Below are positions 28,223 through 36,534 of a DNA stretch of 64,000 nt, piece by piece (the first letter of the stretch is position 1; the number at the start of each line of letters is the position of its first letter). The notes beneath the pieces are model-generated. The model did no database searches. It was not told the DNA's origin and saw only the letters and a list, made by a program, of their open reading frames with translations. This stretch comes from an uncultured cyanobacterium (lineage in GTDB: Bacteria > Cyanobacteriota > Cyanobacteriia > PCC-9006 > JAAUQQ01), in assembly GCA_963718615.1 (NCBI GenBank), contig OY970368.1, positions 5,600,001-5,664,000 of the forward strand, written 5' to 3'. A program made the translations under genes and the position numbers.

Positions 28223-28886
28223 CTGGGAATGGATCCTGGTGGAAGTCACGGCGACCCCGTCTCCTCAGCTAGAAAAGCTGCTAACACAACACCGAGTGCA
28301 CTATCTGCATTTGCCCTGTACCGGCGTGTTCCACAAAACCCAAGCCTTAAATCTCGGCTTAGCCCGAGCCCAGGGAAATTTCGTGGCGGCGTTTGATGTG
28401 GATCTAATCCCCGTGGGGAAAACGCTAGAGCGTCACTGTTGGCTGGCGGAGCGATCGCCTCACCTCCTCCTCACGGGCTATCGATTGATGGCTTTAACGG
28501 AAACCCTGGATGGGTCCGATGCTCGGGCGATTGCCACCTGCCTCGCTCAATCTACCCTCGGACCCGAGGACCAACCGACAGCCCTGCGTAAGCATTTGCT
28601 CCAGGGGGAGCGATTTGGGGTGATGCCGCTGTTTGAGCGCGATCGCCTGCTGGCCCTGGGGGGCTGGGACGAAACCTTTCTAGGCTGGGGCGCAGAGGAT
28701 CAAGACCTCATCGAGCGCTATCTCCAAGCGGGGTTAGCCCTCAGCCGCTGCCCTGAATTGGTTTATCTGCATCTCCACCATGGCCCTGCCCCGGATTGGA
28801 ATATTGCCGATTTAACAGCCCAAAATCGAGCTTACTATTATGCCAAGCAGCGTCAGCAAGATGGAATTAAAAAGACCTATTACTAG
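28119..28886 (+). CDS. Glycosyltransferase (GT2 / GT7 C-terminal type)
   Basis: LITPYRDR, FHKTQALNLG, FDVD, GGWDETFLGWGAEDQDL, HLHH. Confidence 0.85.
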   Translation: MRLSLITPYRDRLPHLMTQLTWWSQQILQAPTPPDWEWILVEVTATPSPQLEKLLTQHRVHYLHLPCTGVFHKTQALNLGLARAQGNFVAAFDVDLIPVGKTLERHCWLAERSPHLLLTGYRLMALTETLDGSDARAIATCLAQSTLGPEDQPTALRKHLLQGERFGVMPLFERDRLLALGGWDETFLGWGAEDQDLIERYLQAGLALSRCPELVYLHLHHGPAPDWNIADLTAQNRAYYYAKQRQQDGIKKTYY

Positions 28887-29188
28887 GCAGAAAATTAAAG
28901 GCTAAAACGGGGATTCTATGGGCCCGATTTGGCCCAAGCGCCTCTCTTACCGTCGGTTGAGATCATTTGACCTAGCGGAGAGACAAATCTTAGAAGGTAT
29001 TAAAAAATATAGATTCTGATAGCCTACGGAAGCCTCAGCCCCTAGGACTCGACATTCCAATTTGATGGGTGATAGGCTCCTTACAAAGCGTTGCTTGGAA
29101 GCGTTGATTCGCGAGTAGTGGCTTTGAGTTATGGGTTGGAATTTTTTAGTTTGGGTCTACACCAAGCTCTAAGCCCCTAGGAGAGGTT

Positions 29189-31996
29189 ATGACTTATCTT
29201 AATGCTGTATTGTCCAGAACCGGAACTCCCCGTGATTGGGATCTGAGTCAATGCATTGACCAAGCCTTTGAGGCTCAAGTCGCTCAAACGCCCGAGCAGG
29301 TGGCGTTGGTCTATGGGGATCAAACCCTGACCTATGGAGAATTAAACCAGCGGGCAAATCAGTTGGCTTGGCATCTCCGCAATAATTATGGGGTGCAGCC
29401 AGAAGATGTCGTTGGGCTTTGTGTCGAACGCTCCTTTGAGCAGATGATTAGCCTTTTCGGGATTCTCAAGGCCGGGGCGGCCTATCTTCCCCTTGATCCC
29501 CACTACCCGGCGGAGCGGCTCGGTTGGATCGTCAGGGATGCTCAGCCCCAGGTCATTGTTACCCAATCGGATTTAGCCGGATGTTTGCCGGAAACCGCAG
29601 CCCAACAGGTTTGGGTCGATCCCTTTTCTTGGTCAACTTGGGCCGACCCTAGCCTCATCCATAACCCGATGTCAGTCGCTGGCCCCGAGCATTTGGCCTA
29701 CATCATCTATACTTCTGGGTCGACGGGGAAACCGAAGGGGGTGATGATTGAGCATCGCTCGTTGATGAATTTTGCTGGGGCGGCGATCGAAGCCTATGGG
29801 TTAAAACCGGGCGATCGCGTCTTGCAATTCAGCACCATTAACTTTGACCTCTCCGTAGAGCAAATTTATCCCTATCTGATCAGTGGGGGATCACTGGCGC
29901 TGCGAACACCGACGATGACAGACTCGATTCCGCAGTTTTTGAGCTGCTGTGAGGCTTGGGGCGTCACGGTTCTAGACCTGCCCACGGCCTACTGGCATCT
30001 CCTGATGGCGGAAATGGTGGCTGGATACTATCAAGCGAGAAAGCAAACGGGAAAGCAAACGGGAAAGCAAACGGGAAAGGGTTCGTTGTCAAATTATGCC
30101 CTGCCCGCTTCGATTCGATTGGCGATCATCATTGGTGAACCTGCCAATCCCCTGCGGGTTTGCCAATGGCGGCAGTATCTGGGCGAACGAGCTCAGCTGA
30201 TTAATGCCTACGGTCCCACGGAAGCGACGGTGGCTGCGACTCAGTATTGGGTTCCCGGTACGCTAGATGAAACCCTAGATGAAACCCTGGAAAAGACCTT
30301 GACACAGACTGGGACCGTGCCGGTGGGCAAGCCCATGGCGAATATGCAGGTGTATTTGCTCGATGACCAGCGGCAGCCCGTGGCCGAGGGAGAAATCGGG
30401 GAAATTTGCATTGGTGGGGTTGGCGTAGCGCGGGGCTATCTCAATCGCCCTGAGCTCAATGGCGATCGCTTTATCCCCGATTCCTTTGCTGCCGTACCGG
30501 GGGCCAGACTCTATCGCACGGGTGATCTGGGTCGCTATTTGCCCAATGGCCTGCTGGACTGCTTGGGACGCATGGATAACCAGGTGAAGGTTCGGGGTTA
30601 TCGAATTGAACTGGGTGAAATTGAGGCACAGCTCAACCAACAGCCGGGGGTCCGGCAGGCCGTGGTGATTGTGCGGGAAGACCAGCCCGGCGATCGCCGT
30701 CTCGTCGCCTACTGGGTCAATCAGCCTGATACCAGTCCTCCCTCCGCCAGTTCTACGGGCAACACCCTCCGCCAAGCCCTAGCCCAGCAGTTGCCGGACT
30801 ATATGATTCCCAGCGCCTTCGTTGAGGTTGAGGCGTTGCCCTTTAATCCCAACGGCAAAATTGACAAAGCAGCTCTGCCCCGCCCACAAGTCCAAGACCC
30901 GCAAGCACAAGACCCACAAGCGCAAGACCTGACCGATCGCCCCCTCCTCAACCCCACCGAACCAAAGCTCATCGCCCTCTGGGAATCTGTTTTAGGGGTG
31001 CACCCGATTCACCCCCATCATCATTTCTTTGAACTGGGGGGCAATTCTCTCTTGGCATTGCGGTTGCTGACGCACATTGAGCAACAGTTGGGCTGTCGTC
31101 TGCTGGTGGCCGATTTGCTCAAAGCGCCTACCCCGAGGGAATTGGCTCAAGTCATTACAACTCAAACTGCCGCTATCCCTTCAGACCTGCCTGCGCCAGC
31201 CCTCGCAGAAACAGCCCTCACCCCAATCAAAACCGGAGGGTCTAAACCACCGTTCTTCTTCATTAATTCCATCAGCTACGCCCTGGCCTTTGGGCCACAC
31301 TTGGAGCCAGACGTCCCCTGCTACGGCATCAACATTTTTGGCCGTACGGAAACCTTGCTTCATCTCCCCGAATTTTCATTGCCAGCCCTCGCAGAAGATC
31401 TCGTGGTGGATCTGCGTCAGGCCCAGCCCCAGGGACCCTATTTTCTGGGGGGGTATTGCGATGATTCCAAGCTGGCGTTGGCGATCGCCCATCTTCTCCA
31501 ATCCCAAGGCGAAGACATTGCGTTCCTGGCTTTCTTGGATGCGACCTGGGAGCCCGAGCGACAAACCCTGGCCTCCCACTGGGACAATCTTCGGCGGTTT
31601 GGATGGAACTATGGGGTTGAAAAACTCAAGGATAAGGTGAAAGTTTGGGGCGATCGCCTCAGTTTGGGCTTGCAGCGTCGTCAAGGCCGTTGGCGTCGAG
31701 CCTTTGGCCATAGTCCCACGGCGATCGAGCGGGATCTCGAACTCCTGCGTCGATACCAACAGGCTTGCAAAACCTATCGTCCTCCCCTATTCCCTGGCAC
31801 GATTCACTGCTACATCACGAGCGAACAGCAGTTGACTCGGATTCCTAAGGTGGAGGCGATCGCCCAAAACGGTATTTCAATTACTTCAGTCTCTGGCTTT
31901 CACCACACGTTATTTCAGCCTCCCCATGCCCAACGGTTAGCCCAGGCTTTGCAATTCGCCATGGAACAAACGCGGAAAGTAAACTTTGTTTGCTAA
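29189..31996 (+). CDS. Monomodular NRPS-like enzyme A-PCP-TE
   Basis: A-domain cores LTYGEL, YIIYTSGSTGKPKG, NAYGPTE, GEICIGG.GVARGY, YRTGD, KVRGYRIELGEIE, NGKIDK; PCP FFELGGNSL; TE-like domain QPQGPYFLGGYC. No condensation domain. Confidence 0.92.
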   Translation: MTYLNAVLSRTGTPRDWDLSQCIDQAFEAQVAQTPEQVALVYGDQTLTYGELNQRANQLAWHLRNNYGVQPEDVVGLCVERSFEQMISLFGILKAGAAYLPLDPHYPAERLGWIVRDAQPQVIVTQSDLAGCLPETAAQQVWVDPFSWSTWADPSLIHNPMSVAGPEHLAYIIYTSGSTGKPKGVMIEHRSLMNFAGAAIEAYGLKPGDRVLQFSTINFDLSVEQIYPYLISGGSLALRTPTMTDSIPQFLSCCEAWGVTVLDLPTAYWHLLMAEMVAGYYQARKQTGKQTGKQTGKGSLSNYALPASIRLAIIIGEPANPLRVCQWRQYLGERAQLINAYGPTEATVAATQYWVPGTLDETLDETLEKTLTQTGTVPVGKPMANMQVYLLDDQRQPVAEGEIGEICIGGVGVARGYLNRPELNGDRFIPDSFAAVPGARLYRTGDLGRYLPNGLLDCLGRMDNQVKVRGYRIELGEIEAQLNQQPGVRQAVVIVREDQPGDRRLVAYWVNQPDTSPPSASSTGNTLRQALAQQLPDYMIPSAFVEVEALPFNPNGKIDKAALPRPQVQDPQAQDPQAQDLTDRPLLNPTEPKLIALWESVLGVHPIHPHHHFFELGGNSLLALRLLTHIEQQLGCRLLVADLLKAPTPRELAQVITTQTAAIPSDLPAPALAETALTPIKTGGSKPPFFFINSISYALAFGPHLEPDVPCYGINIFGRTETLLHLPEFSLPALAEDLVVDLRQAQPQGPYFLGGYCDDSKLALAIAHLLQSQGEDIAFLAFLDATWEPERQTLASHWDNLRRFGWNYGVEKLKDKVKVWGDRLSLGLQRRQGRWRRAFGHSPTAIERDLELLRRYQQACKTYRPPLFPGTIHCYITSEQQLTRIPKVEAIAQNGISITSVSGFHHTLFQPPHAQRLAQALQFAMEQTRKVNFVC
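30039..30079. repeat. In-frame 12-bp tandem repeat GAAAGCAAACGG x3 (KQTG x3) in the NRPS A domain
   Basis: Read directly; further in-frame duplications at 30263-30286 (LDET x2) and about 30893-30930 (QDPQA repeats). Confidence 0.85.
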
Positions 31997-32353
31997 GCCA
32001 AGGACTTGATCCCCAGTGCGTTACTCTATAAATAGGAGCTTAGAAAAGCTTCTGAACCAAAATCTATCTTTTAGATTCTTGGAGGTTTCCTATCGGATCT
32101 AATTTTGTTTTTCTTGGTTTTAATAAAGCAGCACCCAACCCGGTTGCTCTCATTTCCTAATCTGGAATGCTGGGAGTTCTGTTGTCGATTCATCTCTTTA
32201 GTTCTTCTAAAGATTCCTCTAAAGATTGAATGAGACTCCATCTCTAAGTAGACTTTGTATATTAAGGAAGCGATTGAGTGTTCGGCAAGGGTGCTGCTTT
32301 TTGATGTTAAACCTGCAGGCTATAAGGCTTTAATGGGGAGCGAAAATTCAAGA

Positions 32354-32788
32354 TTATGGAAGGGGCAGCTTCACCACCGTGAGCCAAAAATCTTGAATTA
32401 CTTGAATAACTTGAATAAACTGTTGAATATCCACGGGCTTTGTAATATAGCAATTAGCCGCGAGCTCGTAGGATCGGAGAATATCGACTTCATCGGCTGA
32501 GGTCGTTAAAATAACAACCGGGATAATTTTTAGCGCCGAATCCCGTTTGATCTCCTGTAAAACTTCCCGCCCGTCCATGCCTGGAAGATTGAGATCTAAA
32601 AGAATCAAATCTGGGCGAGTTGCATCGACATAGTCTCCCTGCCGCAGTAGATAATCCATCGCCGTATCCCCATCCGCAACCCAGTAAATATTGTTACTTA
32701 ACTTGCTGTTGCGTAAATTTGATAAGGTGATATCGGCATCACTGGGTGAGTCTTCAATCAGTAGGATTTCGATGGGACGGGAAGGCAT
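32354..32788 (-). CDS. Single-domain response regulator (Rcp1-like)
   Basis: ILLIEDSPSD, PDLILLDLNLPGMDG, ILTTS, ANCYITKPVD, FWL. Confidence 0.92.
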   Translation of the reverse strand: MPSRPIEILLIEDSPSDADITLSNLRNSKLSNNIYWVADGDTAMDYLLRQGDYVDATRPDLILLDLNLPGMDGREVLQEIKRDSALKIIPVVILTTSADEVDILRSYELAANCYITKPVDIQQFIQVIQVIQDFWLTVVKLPLP

Positions 32789-32792
32789 AGTT

Positions 32793-35225
32793 CTAAGATT
32801 CTAAGAGCAACGTAAAGTAAATTGTAGTCCCCTTTCCGAGGTCTGATTCGGCCCAAATTTCGCCACCGTGGCGTTCGACGACCCGTTTGCAAATGGCTAA
32901 CCCGATGCCGGTGCCTGGAAATTGCTCTCGGGTGTGTAATCGGCGAAAAATTTCAAAAATTCGTTCGAAATACCTTTCTTTGATGCCGATGCCATTGTCC
33001 TGTACAGAAAATAGCCAATAAACCTGGTTTGGGTGGGTCAAATTAGTTTGCTGGGCTGCTTGTATGTGAATTTGGGGAGAACCGGAAAGATTGAATTTTA
33101 TTCCGTTACTGAGTAGATTTTGGAAAAGCTGAAGGAACTGAGTGCGATCGCCCCTCACCGTTGGCAGTCCCTCGAAGTAAATCTGGGTCTGGGAGGAGGC
33201 GATCGCCTCCTGCAAATTTCCCAAAATCTCCGCCAGCAGCTCATTGCAATCGACTTCAACCCATTTGAGTTCCAAACTGCCTACCCGTGAATAGGCCAGC
33301 AAATCCTGAATCAGCATTCGCATCCGTTGGGAGCCATCCAGTAAAAAGGCTGTGTATTTTTGCGCCTTGGGATCCGAGAGCTTTTCGCCGTATTCGCTTA
33401 ACAGGAGCTGTGTATAGGCCGTGATCGCCCGCAGGGGCTCTTGCAAATCGTGAGAGGTCACGTAGGCAAATTGTTCTAATTCTTGATTCGAGCGCCGCAG
33501 CTCTTGATTGAGTTGCTGAAGCTGCTTCTCGGTCTCTTTTTGACGGGTAATATCGACATGACAGCCGATCATGCGCAAGGGATTGCCCTGCTCATCCCAA
33601 TCAATCACCCGCCCTGAACAAATGACCCAAACCGTATTACCATTTTTGTGACGAAATCGGATCTCCTTGCAGTAAGGGATCTGCCCTCGGCTTTGAAAAT
33701 GTTGCTCAAAATTCTCTAACACTTTCGACAAATCTTCAGGAAAGATGGGATGCTGCCAGCTATCAAATTCTGTGAGTTCGTCGATACCGTATCCCAGCAT
33801 GCGCTTCCAGGTTGGGCTGAGGTAGACTGTCTGGCTGGAAATATCCCAATCCCAATAGCCTGCTAGGGTGCTCTCCAAAATATCTTCCAAAATCCGCAAC
33901 TCGCTTTTTAGGGCCTCCGCTTGCTTCAGTGCGGTGATATCTGTATGGGTGCCTAACATGCGCTGGGGCATACCCTTTTCATCCCAGGCCATGATTTTGC
34001 CGACGGAGAACATCCATTTCCAGTCACCATTGGCTGTACGGATGCGAAATTCGACCGCATATTCTGGAATTTCACCCCGCACATAGGCTTGATAGGTTGC
34101 AACAATAGAGTCTCGCTCTTCGGGATGGAGCCGTTCAGCCCATTGACTCGCTGATTCTTCGAAAGTTTGGGGATCGTAGCCCAGCATCCGAGCATAATTC
34201 TCATTTACAATCACCTTTCCCGTTTGAATCTCGGCGTCATAGAGCCCCTGATTCGCAGCGGAAAGCGCTAAGCGCAGGCGAGCTTCGCTTTCCTGTAACG
34301 CAGATGCTGTTTGCTGGCGCTGCATAGCATTGAGCACCGTTTCTGCAAAAAAATGCAGTGCCTGAATATTCTGTTCTGTCCAGGATTGGGGCTGTCGCAG
34401 GGCTGCGAATCCGACGGATCCCAACACCTGTCCTTCGGCAGAGATAATGGGGATGAGCAGGAGCGATCGCACCCCAAATTGTAGCCAGTTTTTTTGGTCG
34501 ATCGCAGCTTCTGGAGGCAGATCTACAATATTAGGGATGCAGACAGTTTCTCCACCTCTAATTTTTTCTTTTGACCAGGGGAAAAAGCTGCTAGAAAGGT
34601 TTTGAAGCTGCTCTTTCTGAGGGGAAATGCCTGCTCGAACCCATTCGTAGGCCATGCGGGCAAAAGCTACATCTGCTGTGTATTCAAAAACATAGCAAGT
34701 GTCGAGTTGTAGCAGCTCGCCCAGGGATTGCAACGCTTGCTGGATAATGCGGGGGAGTTGCTCCGCAGGAGATTGAATGAAGGTTCTAAAGAGGTTCGCC
34801 AACTCGCGATCGAGCTCAACTTGAGCCTGAAGCTGCAGTTCAATCGCAGTGGATTTGCCACGATCGGCCTCTGTTACCAAAATTCCCTGGATTTCTCCCA
34901 TAGCATTGTGTAATAAGCCCATGGAAAACCCCATAGAACCAGGAGAATGCATGTGATCAACGTTGGGGAACTGACCATGAACAGGGGCAGAGGGAGGCAT
35001 GGGTAGATGGGCCAGAGCAGAGCGCAGTTCTGCCTGCTGCTGGGGGACCTCTTGCCAAAGGGGACAATCGATCAATGGCTTGCCCAGTAAAGTATCTCGC
35101 CCGAGACCGCTGACCTGAAGAAAAGCCTGATTGACCTCTACAATGGTGCCATCCAGCGCCAAGATTACCATCCACCGGGAGGCTTGGTCAAAAACGGCTT
35201 GGAGTTGGGTGTAGCTTGCTGGCAT
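32793..35225 (-). CDS. PAS-GAF-PAS-PAS sensor histidine kinase (Cph1-type kinase core)
   Basis: PAS/PAC motifs, a GAF domain, H-box FAYVTSHDLQEPLR, QLFQNLLSNGIKF, GTGIGLAICK; directly upstream of the Rcp1-like regulator. Confidence 0.9.
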   Translation of the reverse strand: MPASYTQLQAVFDQASRWMVILALDGTIVEVNQAFLQVSGLGRDTLLGKPLIDCPLWQEVPQQQAELRSALAHLPMPPSAPVHGQFPNVDHMHSPGSMGFSMGLLHNAMGEIQGILVTEADRGKSTAIELQLQAQVELDRELANLFRTFIQSPAEQLPRIIQQALQSLGELLQLDTCYVFEYTADVAFARMAYEWVRAGISPQKEQLQNLSSSFFPWSKEKIRGGETVCIPNIVDLPPEAAIDQKNWLQFGVRSLLLIPIISAEGQVLGSVGFAALRQPQSWTEQNIQALHFFAETVLNAMQRQQTASALQESEARLRLALSAANQGLYDAEIQTGKVIVNENYARMLGYDPQTFEESASQWAERLHPEERDSIVATYQAYVRGEIPEYAVEFRIRTANGDWKWMFSVGKIMAWDEKGMPQRMLGTHTDITALKQAEALKSELRILEDILESTLAGYWDWDISSQTVYLSPTWKRMLGYGIDELTEFDSWQHPIFPEDLSKVLENFEQHFQSRGQIPYCKEIRFRHKNGNTVWVICSGRVIDWDEQGNPLRMIGCHVDITRQKETEKQLQQLNQELRRSNQELEQFAYVTSHDLQEPLRAITAYTQLLLSEYGEKLSDPKAQKYTAFLLDGSQRMRMLIQDLLAYSRVGSLELKWVEVDCNELLAEILGNLQEAIASSQTQIYFEGLPTVRGDRTQFLQLFQNLLSNGIKFNLSGSPQIHIQAAQQTNLTHPNQVYWLFSVQDNGIGIKERYFERIFEIFRRLHTREQFPGTGIGLAICKRVVERHGGEIWAESDLGKGTTIYFTLLLES

Positions 35226-35394
35226 GGGATAGCCCCGATTGGGTCTTATGCTTTGTCATCGAATCTTGACTTGAATCGCTTGTGATATAAAGTTAAGTAT
35301 AGTCAACTTTAATTGCTGTAACAGTTATTCGTTAAGTCACAATAATCTTTAATATGCCAAGATCAAAATCTTAGGATGAAAGACAGGTTTCGAT

Positions 35395-36534
35395 ATGGTA
35401 AATTCTAAAACCCAACGACTGCTGCTGGTGGAGGATTCTTCGACTGATGCTGATCTTTTTTGTTTACGTTTGGAACAGGTGACTCAACCGTTTCAAATTA
35501 GCCATGTAACGACGCTAAAAGCCGCGATCGAAGCTTGTAAGAATAGTCAGTTTGATGCAGTTTTATTAGATCTCAATCTTCCCGATTCTCAAGGTGTTCA
35601 GACCGTTGCTGAATTTTGCGGAATCGTCCATGATGCACCGGTCATTATTCTCACGGGTGTTGATGAGCAACGAATTGCGCTAAAGGCGATTTCGGCGGGG
35701 GCTCAAGATTATTTGGTTAAAGACGAAGTCAGTACGAAGGCACTGGTCAATGCGCTGCAATATGCTCGCCGCCGCCACCGCCTGCGTCAGCAGCTCGTTC
35801 AGCGCAATGAAGAGTTATTTAAAACGCTAGATCAAACCCTAAAACAAGGACAGTTAAAAACCTCGTTTTTGGGAGCCGCCATGCATCAAATCAAGAGTCC
35901 TGTCAATTTGATCGGCGTGTGTGTAGAAGCACTGAAGCAGACGAGTCAGGAGGTGGATGCCGATCTTCGGAGTCGTCGCCTGATGCAAATTGAACGGGCG
36001 GTGTCTGTGGTGTTTGAGTTTCTAGATGCAATGCAGCTCATGGTTGCGAATGCTGATGCTTCCAAAACACTGAAGATCGAGCTGCTGGATTTGCCGGAAT
36101 TTTGTGAAAATATCATTGCGTCTTTGCGGTTTCAGTTTGTGCATGAGCCGCAGATCAACCTCTATTATCCGCCTGAAGGAGTAAATGTCAGACTGGAACC
36201 TATTTTGGTGCGATATATTCTCTCCAATTTGCTGAACAATGCGGTGAAGTACTCAAAAGATGATGCGGCGATCGTCCTAGAGGTTCAACCTGGGGGGGAG
36301 GAGGTAACATTTGTGGTGAGCGATCGCGGTATCGGCATTCCTGCGGTAGATCAAGCCCACATCCTAGAACCCTTTTATCGAGCCGATAATGCCCGTGAAT
36401 GCGCCCTGGGCAATGGTTTGGGCTTGGCAATTGTGGCGAGTTGCCTTGAACTCCATCAAGGGACGATGGAGATTGACAGTGAATTGGATGTAGGCACGAC
36501 GGTAACGGTAACGTTGCCCGTGATTCCCGCTTAG
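35395..36534 (+). CDS. Hybrid REC-histidine kinase
   Basis: REC LLVEDS, LLDLNLPDSQG, AQDYLVK; atypical H-box MHQIKSP; NLLNNAVKYS, DRGIGIP, GNGLGL. Confidence 0.85.
   Translation: MVNSKTQRLLLVEDSSTDADLFCLRLEQVTQPFQISHVTTLKAAIEACKNSQFDAVLLDLNLPDSQGVQTVAEFCGIVHDAPVIILTGVDEQRIALKAISAGAQDYLVKDEVSTKALVNALQYARRRHRLRQQLVQRNEELFKTLDQTLKQGQLKTSFLGAAMHQIKSPVNLIGVCVEALKQTSQEVDADLRSRRLMQIERAVSVVFEFLDAMQLMVANADASKTLKIELLDLPEFCENIIASLRFQFVHEPQINLYYPPEGVNVRLEPILVRYILSNLLNNAVKYSKDDAAIVLEVQPGGEEVTFVVSDRGIGIPAVDQAHILEPFYRADNARECALGNGLGLAIVASCLELHQGTMEIDSELDVGTTVTVTLPVIPA

Noticed and set aside
29189-31996. A-PCP-TE as MysE (mycosporine/shinorine synthetase)
   Set aside because: The architecture is similar, but no DDGS (mysA), O-methyltransferase (mysB) or ATP-grasp (mysC) genes are adjacent.
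32793-35225. Phytochrome/cyanobacteriochrome call for the GAF kinase upstream of the Rcp1-like regulator
   Set aside because: The GAF lacks the bilin-binding CH motif and the DIP/DxCF-type motifs, and there is no PHY domain.
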